Part shown: one piece after another, positions 27,432 to 36,933 of the stretch
How the letters are laid out: every line of letters starts with the position of its first letter
Numbering within the stretch: position 1 is the stretch's first letter
Assembly (NCBI GenBank): GCA_029561175.1
Contig: JAKQJL010000025.1
Span: 3,582 to 67,581, forward strand
From: a bacterium
Lineage (GTDB): Bacteria; Patescibacteriota; Microgenomatia; UBA12405
Length of the DNA stretch: 64,000 nt
Direction: 5' to 3'
The notes under the pieces: model-generated
What the model was told of the DNA's origin: nothing
The model's database searches: none
Seen by the model: the letters and a program-made list of their open reading frames with translations, nothing else
Program-made: the position numbers and the translations under genes

Positions 27432-27944
27432 TTATTTTATTAAGGAAAGAATCCACCCATCAACATCATCAGTCCATTTAAAAACTAAGTGTTTTTCGTC
27501 TTCTGTTGGTGGTTCCATTTCTTTAGTGGTACTCTCAAAATCAGCCATATCAACATCAAAACGTTTTTTAGTAATTCTATTTTCTAATAGTCTTTTAAGT
27601 GCTTCTTCTTTGGGGATATCTACAAAAATAGTCGTAGTTTCAATATTCAGTTGATCAGCAATCTTTTTCACCAAATCTCTTTCTGCTTTAGTAAAGTTAC
27701 CAGTGTCGTGAACCACTGTTTCGCCATTTTCCAACACCTGTTTGATTCTTAAATACATCTCTTGGTAAACTCTATCCCATCCCGATTGGTCAATTTCAAC
27801 ATCAAGAATATTGGGGTTAAATAGTTCAAATTTAACCTCGTCTAAATCTATTCGAGTAAAGCCAAGTTTCTCTGCCAGTCTTTTTGCAAGTGTAGTTTTA
27901 CCAGAAAAGGGGATTCCGCAAAGAATATATAGTTTATTTTTCAT
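27432..27944 (-). CDS. small P-loop kinase/NTPase (AAA_33 / chloramphenicol-phosphotransferase-like)
   Basis: 170 aa. Walker A ILCGIPFSGKTTLAKRLAEKLG at the N-terminus; size typical of single-domain nucleotide or antibiotic kinases. Confidence 0.55.
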   Translation of the reverse strand: MKNKLYILCGIPFSGKTTLAKRLAEKLGFTRIDLDEVKFELFNPNILDVEIDQSGWDRVYQEMYLRIKQVLENGETVVHDTGNFTKAERDLVKKIADQLNIETTTIFVDIPKEEALKRLLENRITKKRFDVDMADFESTTKEMEPPTEDEKHLVFKWTDDVDGWILSLIK

Positions 27945-27967
27945 AAATAATTATATTCAAACTCATT

Positions 27968-28486
27968 CTATTTTAATCCAATCAATTCTTTTACTTCTTC
28001 AAATGATTCTTCGCGGTTTTCTGGGGTCACCTCGATCACCGCCGCACCTTTTCGAGATAACAGCTCTTGGGTAAATTCATCAGAATATATTTGTGATATT
28101 GCCAATATTACCAATCCATCATGCTCAAGATATTTTCTCACCAACTCTTTAAATTTTTCAGAATACAGTTCCATCTGGCCAACTTCATCAATATATAAAA
28201 CATCTCCGGGGTTTATTTCCGATAATTCTGGAATCACCTTCTCTAAATTTTCAACAATAACTGAATATCTGGAAACCTTAATTGGAGTTTCAACCTCAGT
28301 GCTTGCTAAAACAGTTTCAGTTCCACTTGCTGTTACAATTTTAAAACCTTTTCTTAATCCATTTTCACCAGGTATTTCTAAAGTAACAAATCCTTGTCTT
28401 TGCGGGAAAGACTCAACAACTCGATTCATTAAAGTACTCTTACCGCTATGGGGTAAACCGGTTATGAATATTTCTTTTTTAGCCAT
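27968..28486 (-). CDS. NTPase (THEP1/NTPase_1 family)
   Basis: 172 aa. IFITGLPHSGKSTLMNRV Walker A and LYIDEVGQMEL Walker B, as in archaeal/bacterial THEP1-like nucleoside triphosphatases. Confidence 0.5.
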   Translation of the reverse strand: MAKKEIFITGLPHSGKSTLMNRVVESFPQRQGFVTLEIPGENGLRKGFKIVTASGTETVLASTEVETPIKVSRYSVIVENLEKVIPELSEINPGDVLYIDEVGQMELYSEKFKELVRKYLEHDGLVILAISQIYSDEFTQELLSRKGAAVIEVTPENREESFEEVKELIGLK

Positions 28487-28503
28487 TTTTAGTAATAAAT
28501 TAT

Positions 28504-29097
28504 TTACAATTCACTTCTTTTCAAGTGATAAATATAAAAGGCACTACTAAAGCAAAGTGCCGACATTATTACAAATAACACCTTAAAACTAAATAAAGTA
28601 ACCAATGCTCCACCAACCACCGCTCCAATAGCTGTCATAAAATAATTCATTGATTCCCAGGCTCCCCATTGAGTTCCAGATTTATGACCATCCAAATGTT
28701 TAGAATATACTGCGTCAAAAGCAGGAGAATAAATAGCTCCACCAAGACCAATAATTGCTTGAACTATAAATAAAAAAACAACTGAATTAGCCCAACAGTA
28801 TAGCAAGAAACCAACCCCTGTTATTACATATCCAAAAACAACAATCAATTCATTTTCTTTTATCTTATCGCTATATTTACCCGAAATTAGCGATACTAAA
28901 CCAGCCACAAAAGCAAAAATACCGCCAGCAATACTAGCATCCATCAAATCTCCACCCACTTCTTCAATTAACAAAGCATAAATAGGACTCAGCATTGCCG
29001 CTGCCACAATCGTCATCGCGTTTGTTGAAAGTAGTACTCTTAAGGCTTTGTTAAAAGGTAAACAGATCATTTTGTAATTATCGCATGTATGCAACAA
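28504..29097 (-). CDS. half-size MFS-like membrane protein (about 6 TM)
   Basis: 197 aa, about 6 hydrophobic helices, MFS-like loop (GKYSDKI). Clear paralog of 39064..39642 (same length and architecture). Confidence 0.45.
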   Translation of the reverse strand: MLHTCDNYKMICLPFNKALRVLLSTNAMTIVAAAMLSPIYALLIEEVGGDLMDASIAGGIFAFVAGLVSLISGKYSDKIKENELIVVFGYVITGVGFLLYCWANSVVFLFIVQAIIGLGGAIYSPAFDAVYSKHLDGHKSGTQWGAWESMNYFMTAIGAVVGGALVTLFSFKVLFVIMSALCFSSAFYIYHLKRSEL

Positions 29098-29121
29098 GAT
29101 TAGTTATTCTTTCATTTCTGG

Positions 29122-29841
29122 TCACCAGGGAATAAAAACCGACACTCTTTTTTTATAATTTTGGAACTCTAAATTATTTTCGTATTTCTTTTCGAGCAAT
29201 GGCACTCCAGAAACTTTTAAAATTAAATAACTAATTGTTAATGGGCCAACAATCGTCCACCAGTTATTACCAAGATTGAGCAAAAATATTCCCCACCACA
29301 TGGTAACCTCTCCAAAATAATTAGGATGACGGCTAATAGCCCACAAACCAGATTGCATTATTTTCCCCTTATTACTTGGATTCTGAATAAACTTTTTTAA
29401 CTGACTATCGGCGGTTGATTCAAAATAAAATCCAATTATCCAAATTAAAATTCCTACTAAATTAAACCATCCAAAAACTCCACTGGAATTTATTATTGGC
29501 CAACAAATCAACCACATAAAAAATCCTTGGACTATAAAAACTTGAAAATAAGGACTACTTTTAAAACTTTCATAACGATAATCTTCTTTTTTATTTTTAT
29601 TACGCTGATAAATATGAACGGCTAGTCTAACACCCCAAATAGAAATTAAAATTATAGAAATTAATAATTTTTTGGTTGGGTTAAAAAGTAAATTAAATCC
29701 AGCCACTAAAATAAACCCCACTCCCCAAGCCGTGTCGGCAATATCATTTCTTTTTTTAAGTATTGCCACCCCAAACCACCCCGTCATGTAAACCCAAATT
29801 AAAACCGCACTAATTATCAAAGCCATTTGGTTAATATCCAA
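29122..29841 (-). CDS. membrane methyltransferase family protein (ICMT/PEMT/DUF1295-like)
   Basis: 239 aa. SGLWAISRHPNYFGEVTMWWGIFL matches the RHPxY-G motif of isoprenylcysteine/phospholipid methyltransferase-like enzymes. Confidence 0.55.
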   Translation of the reverse strand: MDINQMALIISAVLIWVYMTGWFGVAILKKRNDIADTAWGVGFILVAGFNLLFNPTKKLLISIILISIWGVRLAVHIYQRNKNKKEDYRYESFKSSPYFQVFIVQGFFMWLICWPIINSSGVFGWFNLVGILIWIIGFYFESTADSQLKKFIQNPSNKGKIMQSGLWAISRHPNYFGEVTMWWGIFLLNLGNNWWTIVGPLTISYLILKVSGVPLLEKKYENNLEFQNYKKRVSVFIPW

Positions 29842-30209
29842 TAACTAATTCCCGCCACCACCGCCGATACAAATGTTCCCCAAATCAAATCAACAATAGT
29901 AACTAATATCGGCCAATCTTTAATCGTCGCCAAATTGGTTAAATCATAGGTGGCATAACCACATAATCCAAACAAAGCTCCGGTTAATATTGCCTGCCAG
30001 ATTGATCCTTTGGCCAATGCTGGTTGCAAAACCAGCACTACCATTCCTAAAATATAAATTAAATAAAATATTCCCGCGGCTGCCAAATTAGGAGTCTTGC
30101 TCATTAAATACCCCAAATATTTAGCATAAAAATTCTTAGCCACCACTACCAACCATACTCCATCAATTGCTAAAAAAGTTATCAGTGCTACCAAATATTG
30201 TTTAATCAT
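29817..30209 (-). CDS. small membrane protein (DUF2177-like)
   Basis: 130 aa with 4 TM helices; overlaps the downstream gene by 25 nt. Confidence 0.35.
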   Translation of the reverse strand: MIKQYLVALITFLAIDGVWLVVVAKNFYAKYLGYLMSKTPNLAAAGIFYLIYILGMVVLVLQPALAKGSIWQAILTGALFGLCGYATYDLTNLATIKDWPILVTIVDLIWGTFVSAVVAGISYWILTKWL

Positions 30210-30255
30210 GATTAATGATAGCTTAAATAAATTATTTAATTACAAATCGTATTTG

Positions 30256-30744
30256 TTAGATTTTTTTCCTAATCAAATCAATTGCCCAGACATAATGGCT
30301 AGACAATGCTGAAGCCAGATAACAAGTTATACTTGTCGATCCTGTCCACGCATATTTCTTTTTGGTCGAAAGTTCCTCGTCGGAATGTTTGTTGACAATA
30401 GACATCAATGCTTTGTGAGATGTATTAAATCTAGCAATTAAGTCATTCCACTCGATAGATTTATATTCTTGGAATAGTTTTTCATTTAGTTCTGGGGCAT
30501 CTTTAAAAGTGTATCCAGGGGCGGGGATCGCTGGTTTTTTGCCATTCATCCCTTCTTGGTACCAATTTAATTCCAACAACTGCCACGCCAACAAATGGGC
30601 AATAATATCTTTAGTAGTTCGATTATCAAAAACAAATTGTTTATCACGTATCTCAGGAGTAAGAGCGTTTACCAAATTCATTAGTCGGTCAAACTCGTTT
30701 TGACCAAATTCTAATAATTGTTGTTTATTTTGTGCTCGAGGCAT
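30256..30744 (-). CDS. ClbS/DfsB-family four-helix-bundle protein
   Basis: 162 aa. N-terminus KQQLLEFGQNEFDRLMNLVNALTPE...TTKDIIAHLLAW matches the ClbS/DfsB (DUF1706) pattern. Confidence 0.55.
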   Translation of the reverse strand: MPRAQNKQQLLEFGQNEFDRLMNLVNALTPEIRDKQFVFDNRTTKDIIAHLLAWQLLELNWYQEGMNGKKPAIPAPGYTFKDAPELNEKLFQEYKSIEWNDLIARFNTSHKALMSIVNKHSDEELSTKKKYAWTGSTSITCYLASALSSHYVWAIDLIRKKI

Positions 30745-30750
30745 AATTAT

Positions 30751-31176
30751 TTATTTTTTTACTGTTTCGATTTTGCCCACCGGTAGCCAATCATCCATGT
30801 TGCCATAACTACTTTTATCTATGGCAAAGCTTTTTATTTCTTCTACTTGGTTAACTTCGATTAACACTAGATATCTTTTTCCACCCCATTTTTTAAACTG
30901 ATTATCAGTTAATTGAAGTTTATTTTGATTATTTTTAATTAAAGAAATTGATTCCTCGTTAGTTAAAATTTGAGAATTAAAAACTGAAGATACCACCGCT
31001 TTAGCTTTCACTATTCCTTCAGCATTATTATTCAAAAAATATAAAACATCACCAACAACAACTCGTCCGTATGGCAATTTTCTGCCAGTAGCTCCACGAA
31101 TAATCATCGTTTTGCTCCCGGAAAGTAAATGTGTTAGTTCGTTTGCTTTGGCATCTAGATAAACCACATGGTCCAT
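30751..31176 (-). CDS. ASCH/PUA-like domain protein
   Basis: 141 aa. MIIRGATGRKLPYGRVVVGDVLYF is a beta-barrel ASCH-like signature. Weak. Confidence 0.4.
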   Translation of the reverse strand: MDHVVYLDAKANELTHLLSGSKTMIIRGATGRKLPYGRVVVGDVLYFLNNNAEGIVKAKAVVSSVFNSQILTNEESISLIKNNQNKLQLTDNQFKKWGGKRYLVLIEVNQVEEIKSFAIDKSSYGNMDDWLPVGKIETVKK

Positions 31177-31177
31177 A

Positions 31178-32527
31178 TTATTTTTTTGTTAAAACCAGCC
31201 CTAATCTCGACTGTTTGCCATCTGCACAACTAAAGATTCTAAAAGAAAATTCATTTTGTTTATTTTTAAAGTAGTTTCTAAAAAAAATCAATGCTTTTTC
31301 ATTTCTTTGTTCATCTGTCATAAATAAATCATCATAATTATCAATTGGATACATTCTAAATTCTCCCTCATGTTTTAAGGTTCTACAAATATTATCTAAA
31401 TAAACACTCATTTGCGATTTATCTGATTGTTCACTTTTTCTATCCAAATACATTCCTGGCCCCCAAGAATCAATAATCAAATCAAAACTTTCATTTGCAA
31501 AAGGTAGTGATGGTTGCAAAGAGGCGACTGAGTTAACAGCTTTTTTTCTTCTATCTTCTTGGTATGAATCAGGCAACACCTCTGGCTCGTCAACCAAGTC
31601 AATATCTTTAGAAATATAAGTTGTTTCTTTCCAGCTTTCTCCTTCACTTGTATCAAAAATTCTAAAGTCATTAGGTTCCAAACCCAGAGTGGCGTCCGAA
31701 GAAATAACTGTAATATCAGGTCTTAATTCACTAATACCCGCGGCTGTTTGCTGGAAGATGCCTGAACCAACATCTAAAACTTTTGAATTAGGTTTTAGTT
31801 TTTTAACGGTTTCTGTTATCGATAAAGCTTTATCGACTTCTTCAAAAGATCTATTGGTCACTCTAAAATATCCAATTTCTTTGGTAGTTGGTTGTAGGTA
31901 ATCAACTAAGGAATTGTATAGTAGCTTGGCCTTTTCCATATTTCGACTAAATACCCAAGGTCCAACATAATTTTCAATGGTTCCTAAAGCCGCAAATCCA
32001 GTCGGAACAGAATTATTTGGTCCTCCTTCTATATTTCCTTGCCATAATCCTTCTTCTTTGCGTCGTAACAATTCATCGTATTCCTCTTGAGAAAAAGCAA
32101 ATACTTTTGTAAATTTTTTTACTTGCGAAACTTCAGCCCTAATTTCGTTATGTTCCGGTTGTTCTAATCCAATTAATTTTTTCGCTGCCACTCTGTGGCG
32201 TCCATCATGAAGAACACCGTATAAACCGTTAACACAAAACAGTTTTGGTGGTTCCATTGAATCAAGATTAATTTCCCCAGATTTAACTAATTGCGATAAA
32301 CCATAAACTCTTTCAGAGTCTTCAATCGTCCAATTGGTGGCATTGGGAGCAGACACTACTTTTTCAACTTCTATTTGTGACAAAACCGGATCTTCAGTCT
32401 CAATACTTGCATAAGTTATCAAATCATCAAGTTCCATAAAAGGTAATTGTCTTAACCGATCTGTTAACTCAATTTTTCTCTTTTCGCCACTAACAACTGA
32501 TGTTGGTATATTGTCTTGATCTATCAC
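31178..32527 (-). CDS. fusion protein: ParB/Sulfiredoxin-like nuclease domain + class I SAM-dependent methyltransferase domain
   Basis: 449 aa. ParBc motif GVLHDGRHRVAAKK (about aa 100-115); MTase motif I KVLDVGSGIF (about aa 240) and post-I/IV-like FDLIIDSWG. Confidence 0.5.
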   Translation of the reverse strand: MIDQDNIPTSVVSGEKRKIELTDRLRQLPFMELDDLITYASIETEDPVLSQIEVEKVVSAPNATNWTIEDSERVYGLSQLVKSGEINLDSMEPPKLFCVNGLYGVLHDGRHRVAAKKLIGLEQPEHNEIRAEVSQVKKFTKVFAFSQEEYDELLRRKEEGLWQGNIEGGPNNSVPTGFAALGTIENYVGPWVFSRNMEKAKLLYNSLVDYLQPTTKEIGYFRVTNRSFEEVDKALSITETVKKLKPNSKVLDVGSGIFQQTAAGISELRPDITVISSDATLGLEPNDFRIFDTSEGESWKETTYISKDIDLVDEPEVLPDSYQEDRRKKAVNSVASLQPSLPFANESFDLIIDSWGPGMYLDRKSEQSDKSQMSVYLDNICRTLKHEGEFRMYPIDNYDDLFMTDEQRNEKALIFFRNYFKNKQNEFSFRIFSCADGKQSRLGLVLTKK

Positions 32528-32579
32528 TAAGAAATTATATCAAGATGATAAATACAACCATCTTTCTTATAATCTAGTT

Positions 32580-33608
32580 ATGAGTGACAAAGGAGAAATG
32601 CCTTTTAAAAAAGTAGTAGAAGTGATTGGCGAAGATGGATCTTCAACTTTTATTTCCGTTAATCCAGATAGTACTCCCAAAGAATCAATGGTTAGTACCG
32701 GTTTATCTGAAGTAATTAAAAAAATACCTACCGATATACCACAAGCATTTATTGATCAAGCTCAAGAAGTTGCTGCTTGGATTACTGCTAATGATAGCGG
32801 AAAAGAAATAGTCGATCATGATAAATATCTGAGGTGGTTAGGCCAAATATATGGTCAGATAAAAGATATTATCCGGATATGGCCCGAAGGTAAGTTCCCA
32901 AAATGGTTGACTGGGCAAGAAGCAAGACGCTCAATTAATCTTTTTCATGGAGAAGAAAAAATTGAAGAAGAAGAGTATATTGAATCTCGAGCCGCTTTTG
33001 TTTCAATGGCAAAAGAACTTGAAATCCCAATCGAAAAAGAAAATAATGGGTGGTTCATAAACATAACAGATGCCGAAATTCCTGCTATCGATGGTTATAA
33101 AGCTTATTTAGGGGAGAGACAAGTTTTAGCATTAATGAGAGAAAAAAGGCTTGAACAGTATCTAAAAGAAAGTAATCTTTTACCTGAAAGTTTGAAATAT
33201 TATGAGGGGGCAGTCATTATGTATTTTAGAAATAGTCAATGTGGGTCTGATGAAATTACTCAAGAGTTAATGTCGCATGGATTAAATCCTGTTATTGCTC
33301 AAGATGTATACGATTTTGAAATTAGAGATGAAAAAATCTATGGCCCTAATTTTAAAGAATCAAATGATTCCTCATTTAATTATTGGGATTTACCAGCTGG
33401 TAATTACGACCAAGTACAATTTTTTCAGAGTTACTTAGAATTTTGTCTAAAAACTGGTAAAAGACCAACTGAACCATTTATGACTGTTTTTGGATATTTA
33501 ATTAGCGATGGAAGTATCGATTCAAACAGCCCAAGGATCAGTAAATTAAGAGAAAAAATTAAAACACCTTTAGTTTTGAGAGATAAAATTATTAGAAATC
33601 TAGATTAA
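32580..33608 (+). CDS. hypothetical protein, divergent partner of the ParB-MTase gene
   Basis: 342 aa, soluble, no recognisable motifs; separated by a 52-bp divergent spacer from 31178..32527. Confidence 0.4.
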   Translation: MSDKGEMPFKKVVEVIGEDGSSTFISVNPDSTPKESMVSTGLSEVIKKIPTDIPQAFIDQAQEVAAWITANDSGKEIVDHDKYLRWLGQIYGQIKDIIRIWPEGKFPKWLTGQEARRSINLFHGEEKIEEEEYIESRAAFVSMAKELEIPIEKENNGWFINITDAEIPAIDGYKAYLGERQVLALMREKRLEQYLKESNLLPESLKYYEGAVIMYFRNSQCGSDEITQELMSHGLNPVIAQDVYDFEIRDEKIYGPNFKESNDSSFNYWDLPAGNYDQVQFFQSYLEFCLKTGKRPTEPFMTVFGYLISDGSIDSNSPRISKLREKIKTPLVLRDKIIRNLD

Positions 33609-33637
33609 TAGATTCAAGAAGACCAATAAGTTACGCC

Positions 33638-34966
33638 TTACTGTACAGTAATTAATGCAGTACAAGGATCAGATATTAAACCATCGGCTGTTTGAACTTG
33701 CATTTTGACAGTGTAAGAACCAGGATCAGCGTAGGTGTGGTTAACATTTCCATCTAATAACATATCGGTATCCCAGTTGCCATCACCAGTCCAATCCCAG
33801 CGAGCCCCAGTTACATAATTGCCACTACCTTGGTAAATAGCACCATAAACAAAGTTAGCGGTAAAAGGTGCTGGACCAGAGCTAGCTGACATAATATTAA
33901 TTTGGCAGGTTGGTTTAGGAGCTGGAGTTGGAGTACTTGTTGGAGGAGGGTTGTCGCCACTAACTAAAAACTCGACAGTTCGACTTTGGCCGGTCACCGC
34001 CGTAACATTTTGATAACCAGTCCATTGGCCTTTGTATTGTATCCGAACTGAATAGGAACCAGGAGGAACTGAGCTATAAGTGACGGAATTAATTGAAGAG
34101 TAACCGTTGCCACCAGCCCGAGCAATTAATGTTTGTGTATCAGTCGAACGTCCATCAAGGATTTTACAGCCTGATTTAGCGTGTAGTTCAACGATCTGAT
34201 CACCAACAACTAAATTGCTTTGAGGTTTAATATCGATCTTAACAGCTCCAGTTGCTCCGTTTAAATCATAACTACAAGAATTATCGACAACTGGTGTGGA
34301 ACTAGTTGGAGTAGCAGTAGGTTTAATAGTTGGCTTAGCTGTTGGTTTAAGCGTTGGGCTAATAGTTGGTAAAACTGTAATTGTGGGGATCAGAGTTGGT
34401 GTCGGTGTTTCAACATTATTTATATTTTCAGCGATAGGAGCAGGGTTAGTTTTATGAGTTCTATTATATGCAAAAACACCGATAGCGATTGTGGCGAAGA
34501 TAATGGATAAAGTTAAAAAAATGTACAAGGATCTCTGTTTAGTGTTTACAATATTTTTAGTGGAATCTGATGGTGGCGTTTTAATGTCGTTAATCTCTGT
34601 TGTCATTTTATATCGTTTTTTGTCATGAACACAATAAGTGCCTTCAGAATTTAACCATTTTTCTTCTTCTTGTTTAACAAGTGATTCTATCCCTTTTTCT
34701 TTAATAGTTTTCAAGTTAGCAATTTCACTCATTTCATATTTTTCTTGGTATCTTTTATCCATTCGTTTTAATCTTTCACACGGAAACTCCTCGCAATCAA
34801 AACAATAATCTCCTTTTCTTTTTGGGCATTGTTTTATCGCGCAGTTTAAACATCTTTTGTTTACTAATCGGCCACTAGCGCATCCCGGGCATTTATTTTC
34901 CTCTCGCAAATGATAAACGCATAACCCGCAATTCATTCCACATGGCGCAATCAAACTCTTATCCAT
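33638..34966 (-). CDS. membrane protein with N-terminal Cys-rich (DUF3795-like zinc-binding) domain, TM helix, Pro/Thr linker and C-terminal PKD/Ig-like domains
   Basis: 442 aa. N-terminus CGMNCGLCVYHLREENKCPGCASGRLVNKRCLNCAIKQCPKRKGDYCFDCEEFPCERL; one TM (LYIFLTLSIIFATIAIGVFAY); (P-T-x)n linker; beta-rich C-terminus ending GSYTVKMQVQTADG...CTALITVQ. Confidence 0.5.
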   Translation of the reverse strand: MDKSLIAPCGMNCGLCVYHLREENKCPGCASGRLVNKRCLNCAIKQCPKRKGDYCFDCEEFPCERLKRMDKRYQEKYEMSEIANLKTIKEKGIESLVKQEEEKWLNSEGTYCVHDKKRYKMTTEINDIKTPPSDSTKNIVNTKQRSLYIFLTLSIIFATIAIGVFAYNRTHKTNPAPIAENINNVETPTPTLIPTITVLPTISPTLKPTAKPTIKPTATPTSSTPVVDNSCSYDLNGATGAVKIDIKPQSNLVVGDQIVELHAKSGCKILDGRSTDTQTLIARAGGNGYSSINSVTYSSVPPGSYSVRIQYKGQWTGYQNVTAVTGQSRTVEFLVSGDNPPPTSTPTPAPKPTCQINIMSASSGPAPFTANFVYGAIYQGSGNYVTGARWDWTGDGNWDTDMLLDGNVNHTYADPGSYTVKMQVQTADGLISDPCTALITVQ

Positions 34967-35132
34967 TTTCTAAATTATTATCTAATTAGTAATTAAATCT
35001 CCACAAACTAATTTTAGCTCTATTTCTTTTTAAATCCAATCGCAATAACAGCCAAACCACCAATATCCAGCCCACTAATTAATTTAAAAAAATATTATAT
35101 ATAATCTAGTCATTGTTTTTTTAAAATTAAAA

Positions 35133-35981
35133 GTGGTAATAAATTGTAATAATAAAAAATTAAGTCCAATGTGGAAGTATGTGATATTTTCATATTTGCT
35201 TTTCTGGATCATGGTAATGGTGTTGGGTGGTTCAGCTGCAATGATATTTAATGCGCCACCTATTGTTCAAAGAATAGTTCAGGCTTTTTGTGCTTGGGCA
35301 CCAACATTTGCATTTCTCATATTATTTAAAAAATTAAAACCTAACACGAATTTAAAAGATTATATAAAAAGTTTTTTCAGTGAAAAAATCAGGTTTGACC
35401 TAATGTTAATCGGAAGTTTTGCTATTGTATTAAGCTCAATAATTCCTCTTTTTTTAATATCTGTAATAAGACAACAACCATTTACATCTTTTTTTAGTTT
35501 GTTTGGATATGCATTACCAATATCAGTTTTATTGTCTCTTTTTGCGGGTCCTCTTGGCGAGGAACTTGGGTGGAGAGGTTATTTGCGTAATGAACTGAAT
35601 AACAAATATAGTTTCATTAAAGCGTCAATATTTGGTGGAATAATATGGGCCTTGTGGCATTCTGTTTTATGGTTTGTAGATGTTGTGTTTATGGGTGGTT
35701 CTACTGGCTGGCCACTTGTTTTATTTATTATTTCAAATGTAGTTGTAATGACTTCAATTGTCATAATAATGAACGTCATCTTACAAAAGAACAACCATTT
35801 ACTTCAATCTATTTGGATTCATTTATGTTTCAATTTGATTTATGTCCATTTAACTAATTTTGATACTTTGTATTTTGCATTAATAACGATTACATACACA
35901 ATAACTGGAGTTTTATTCTTGCTGAATTATTATAAAAATATACATAAAGAAAACAAGACCAACAAGCCCTTGTCGAAGTGA
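35133..35981 (+). CDS. CPBP-family intramembrane metalloprotease (CAAX protease / Abi-like)
   Basis: 282 aa polytopic. FAGPLGEELGWRGYL (EExxxR motif), a later FxxxH, and LWHSVLW second His motif. Confidence 0.7.
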   Translation: MVINCNNKKLSPMWKYVIFSYLLFWIMVMVLGGSAAMIFNAPPIVQRIVQAFCAWAPTFAFLILFKKLKPNTNLKDYIKSFFSEKIRFDLMLIGSFAIVLSSIIPLFLISVIRQQPFTSFFSLFGYALPISVLLSLFAGPLGEELGWRGYLRNELNNKYSFIKASIFGGIIWALWHSVLWFVDVVFMGGSTGWPLVLFIISNVVVMTSIVIIMNVILQKNNHLLQSIWIHLCFNLIYVHLTNFDTLYFALITITYTITGVLFLLNYYKNIHKENKTNKPLSK

Positions 35982-36184
35982 TCCCAGTTTTTGAAAAAGT
36001 AAAAAAAATTAAAGGCAAGATACTATTTTAAAAGTGTTAATTAAGTAAATAGTGAAACTATAAAATCTTAATCCAATTTGAGTAAATGGTCACACAGAGT
36101 GATTTTCTGATGTCATTAAAGCTTCTTTTTGTTGCATAAGTACTTCAGATTTTGTCCTATTATTCATATTTATCATAAGAATAA

Positions 36185-36724
36185 TCAAGATTCTTTAATC
36201 TGTGATTTTTCTTTTTGATTTTCTATCCAAGCTGGAAAGTCTGAAGCTTCAATAAGTTTAAAACTAGGGAAAAAACTTTTAAAAAATGGTATCAAGGGTA
36301 CAAAACGAGGAGCGGCCACAATTACTCCAACATTTAATTTATTTTCCTTCCAAAGATTTTCATCAATAGGAGAAATCAATGTAAAAGCACCGTTTGTATA
36401 TGCATCAATATATCCAGATTTTCTAATTTTAGCGCAATCACCTTTTATGTGGCCTGTGTGTAGTATAGATAATAATGCAAATAATTTTGTGTCATCATCA
36501 CCTTTTGTAATTCCATGAGCAACGAATCTTTCAAGATCTTCCTGGTTGCAATAATTATTCAAAATATTATTAAACCAACCTTCTGAACTAAAAACACCAT
36601 CGCAACCATCATTCCATAAGTAATCTTCAGTTGCATCAATCTGTTTCTCATGGATTTTTAATAAAAATCTTGCCAGGTTATAAGTAACTTTTTTTTCAAA
36701 GCTAGGTTTTATTTTTTCACTCAT
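36185..36724 (-). CDS. hypothetical protein
   Basis: 179 aa, soluble, no confident domain; downstream of the zinc-ribbon micro-ORF on the same strand. Confidence 0.4.
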   Translation of the reverse strand: MSEKIKPSFEKKVTYNLARFLLKIHEKQIDATEDYLWNDGCDGVFSSEGWFNNILNNYCNQEDLERFVAHGITKGDDDTKLFALLSILHTGHIKGDCAKIRKSGYIDAYTNGAFTLISPIDENLWKENKLNVGVIVAAPRFVPLIPFFKSFFPSFKLIEASDFPAWIENQKEKSQIKES

Positions 36725-36755
36725 ATTAACTAATTTTATTTTTCGAAATCATAGT

Positions 36756-36933
36756 TTAGCCACCAAACCCCATATCATTACCAATACTTAGTAATTTTTT
36801 ACAATAAGGGCATCGATAAATTACATGTCTTTCCAAAAAACCTTTGGTATTTTTCTCAATCTTGTCTAATTCTTTGCCACAATAAGGACATGTTGCTAAT
36901 TCTTCAGTTTCAACTATTTTTATTTGAGCCATA
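36756..36933 (-). CDS. zinc-ribbon small protein (58 aa), not in the supplied ORF track
   Basis: Manual translation of the minus strand: MAQIKIVETEELATCPYCGKELDKIEKNTKGFLERHVIYRCPYCKKLLSIGNDMGFGG. Two CPYCxK knuckles about 27 aa apart. Confidence 0.4.
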
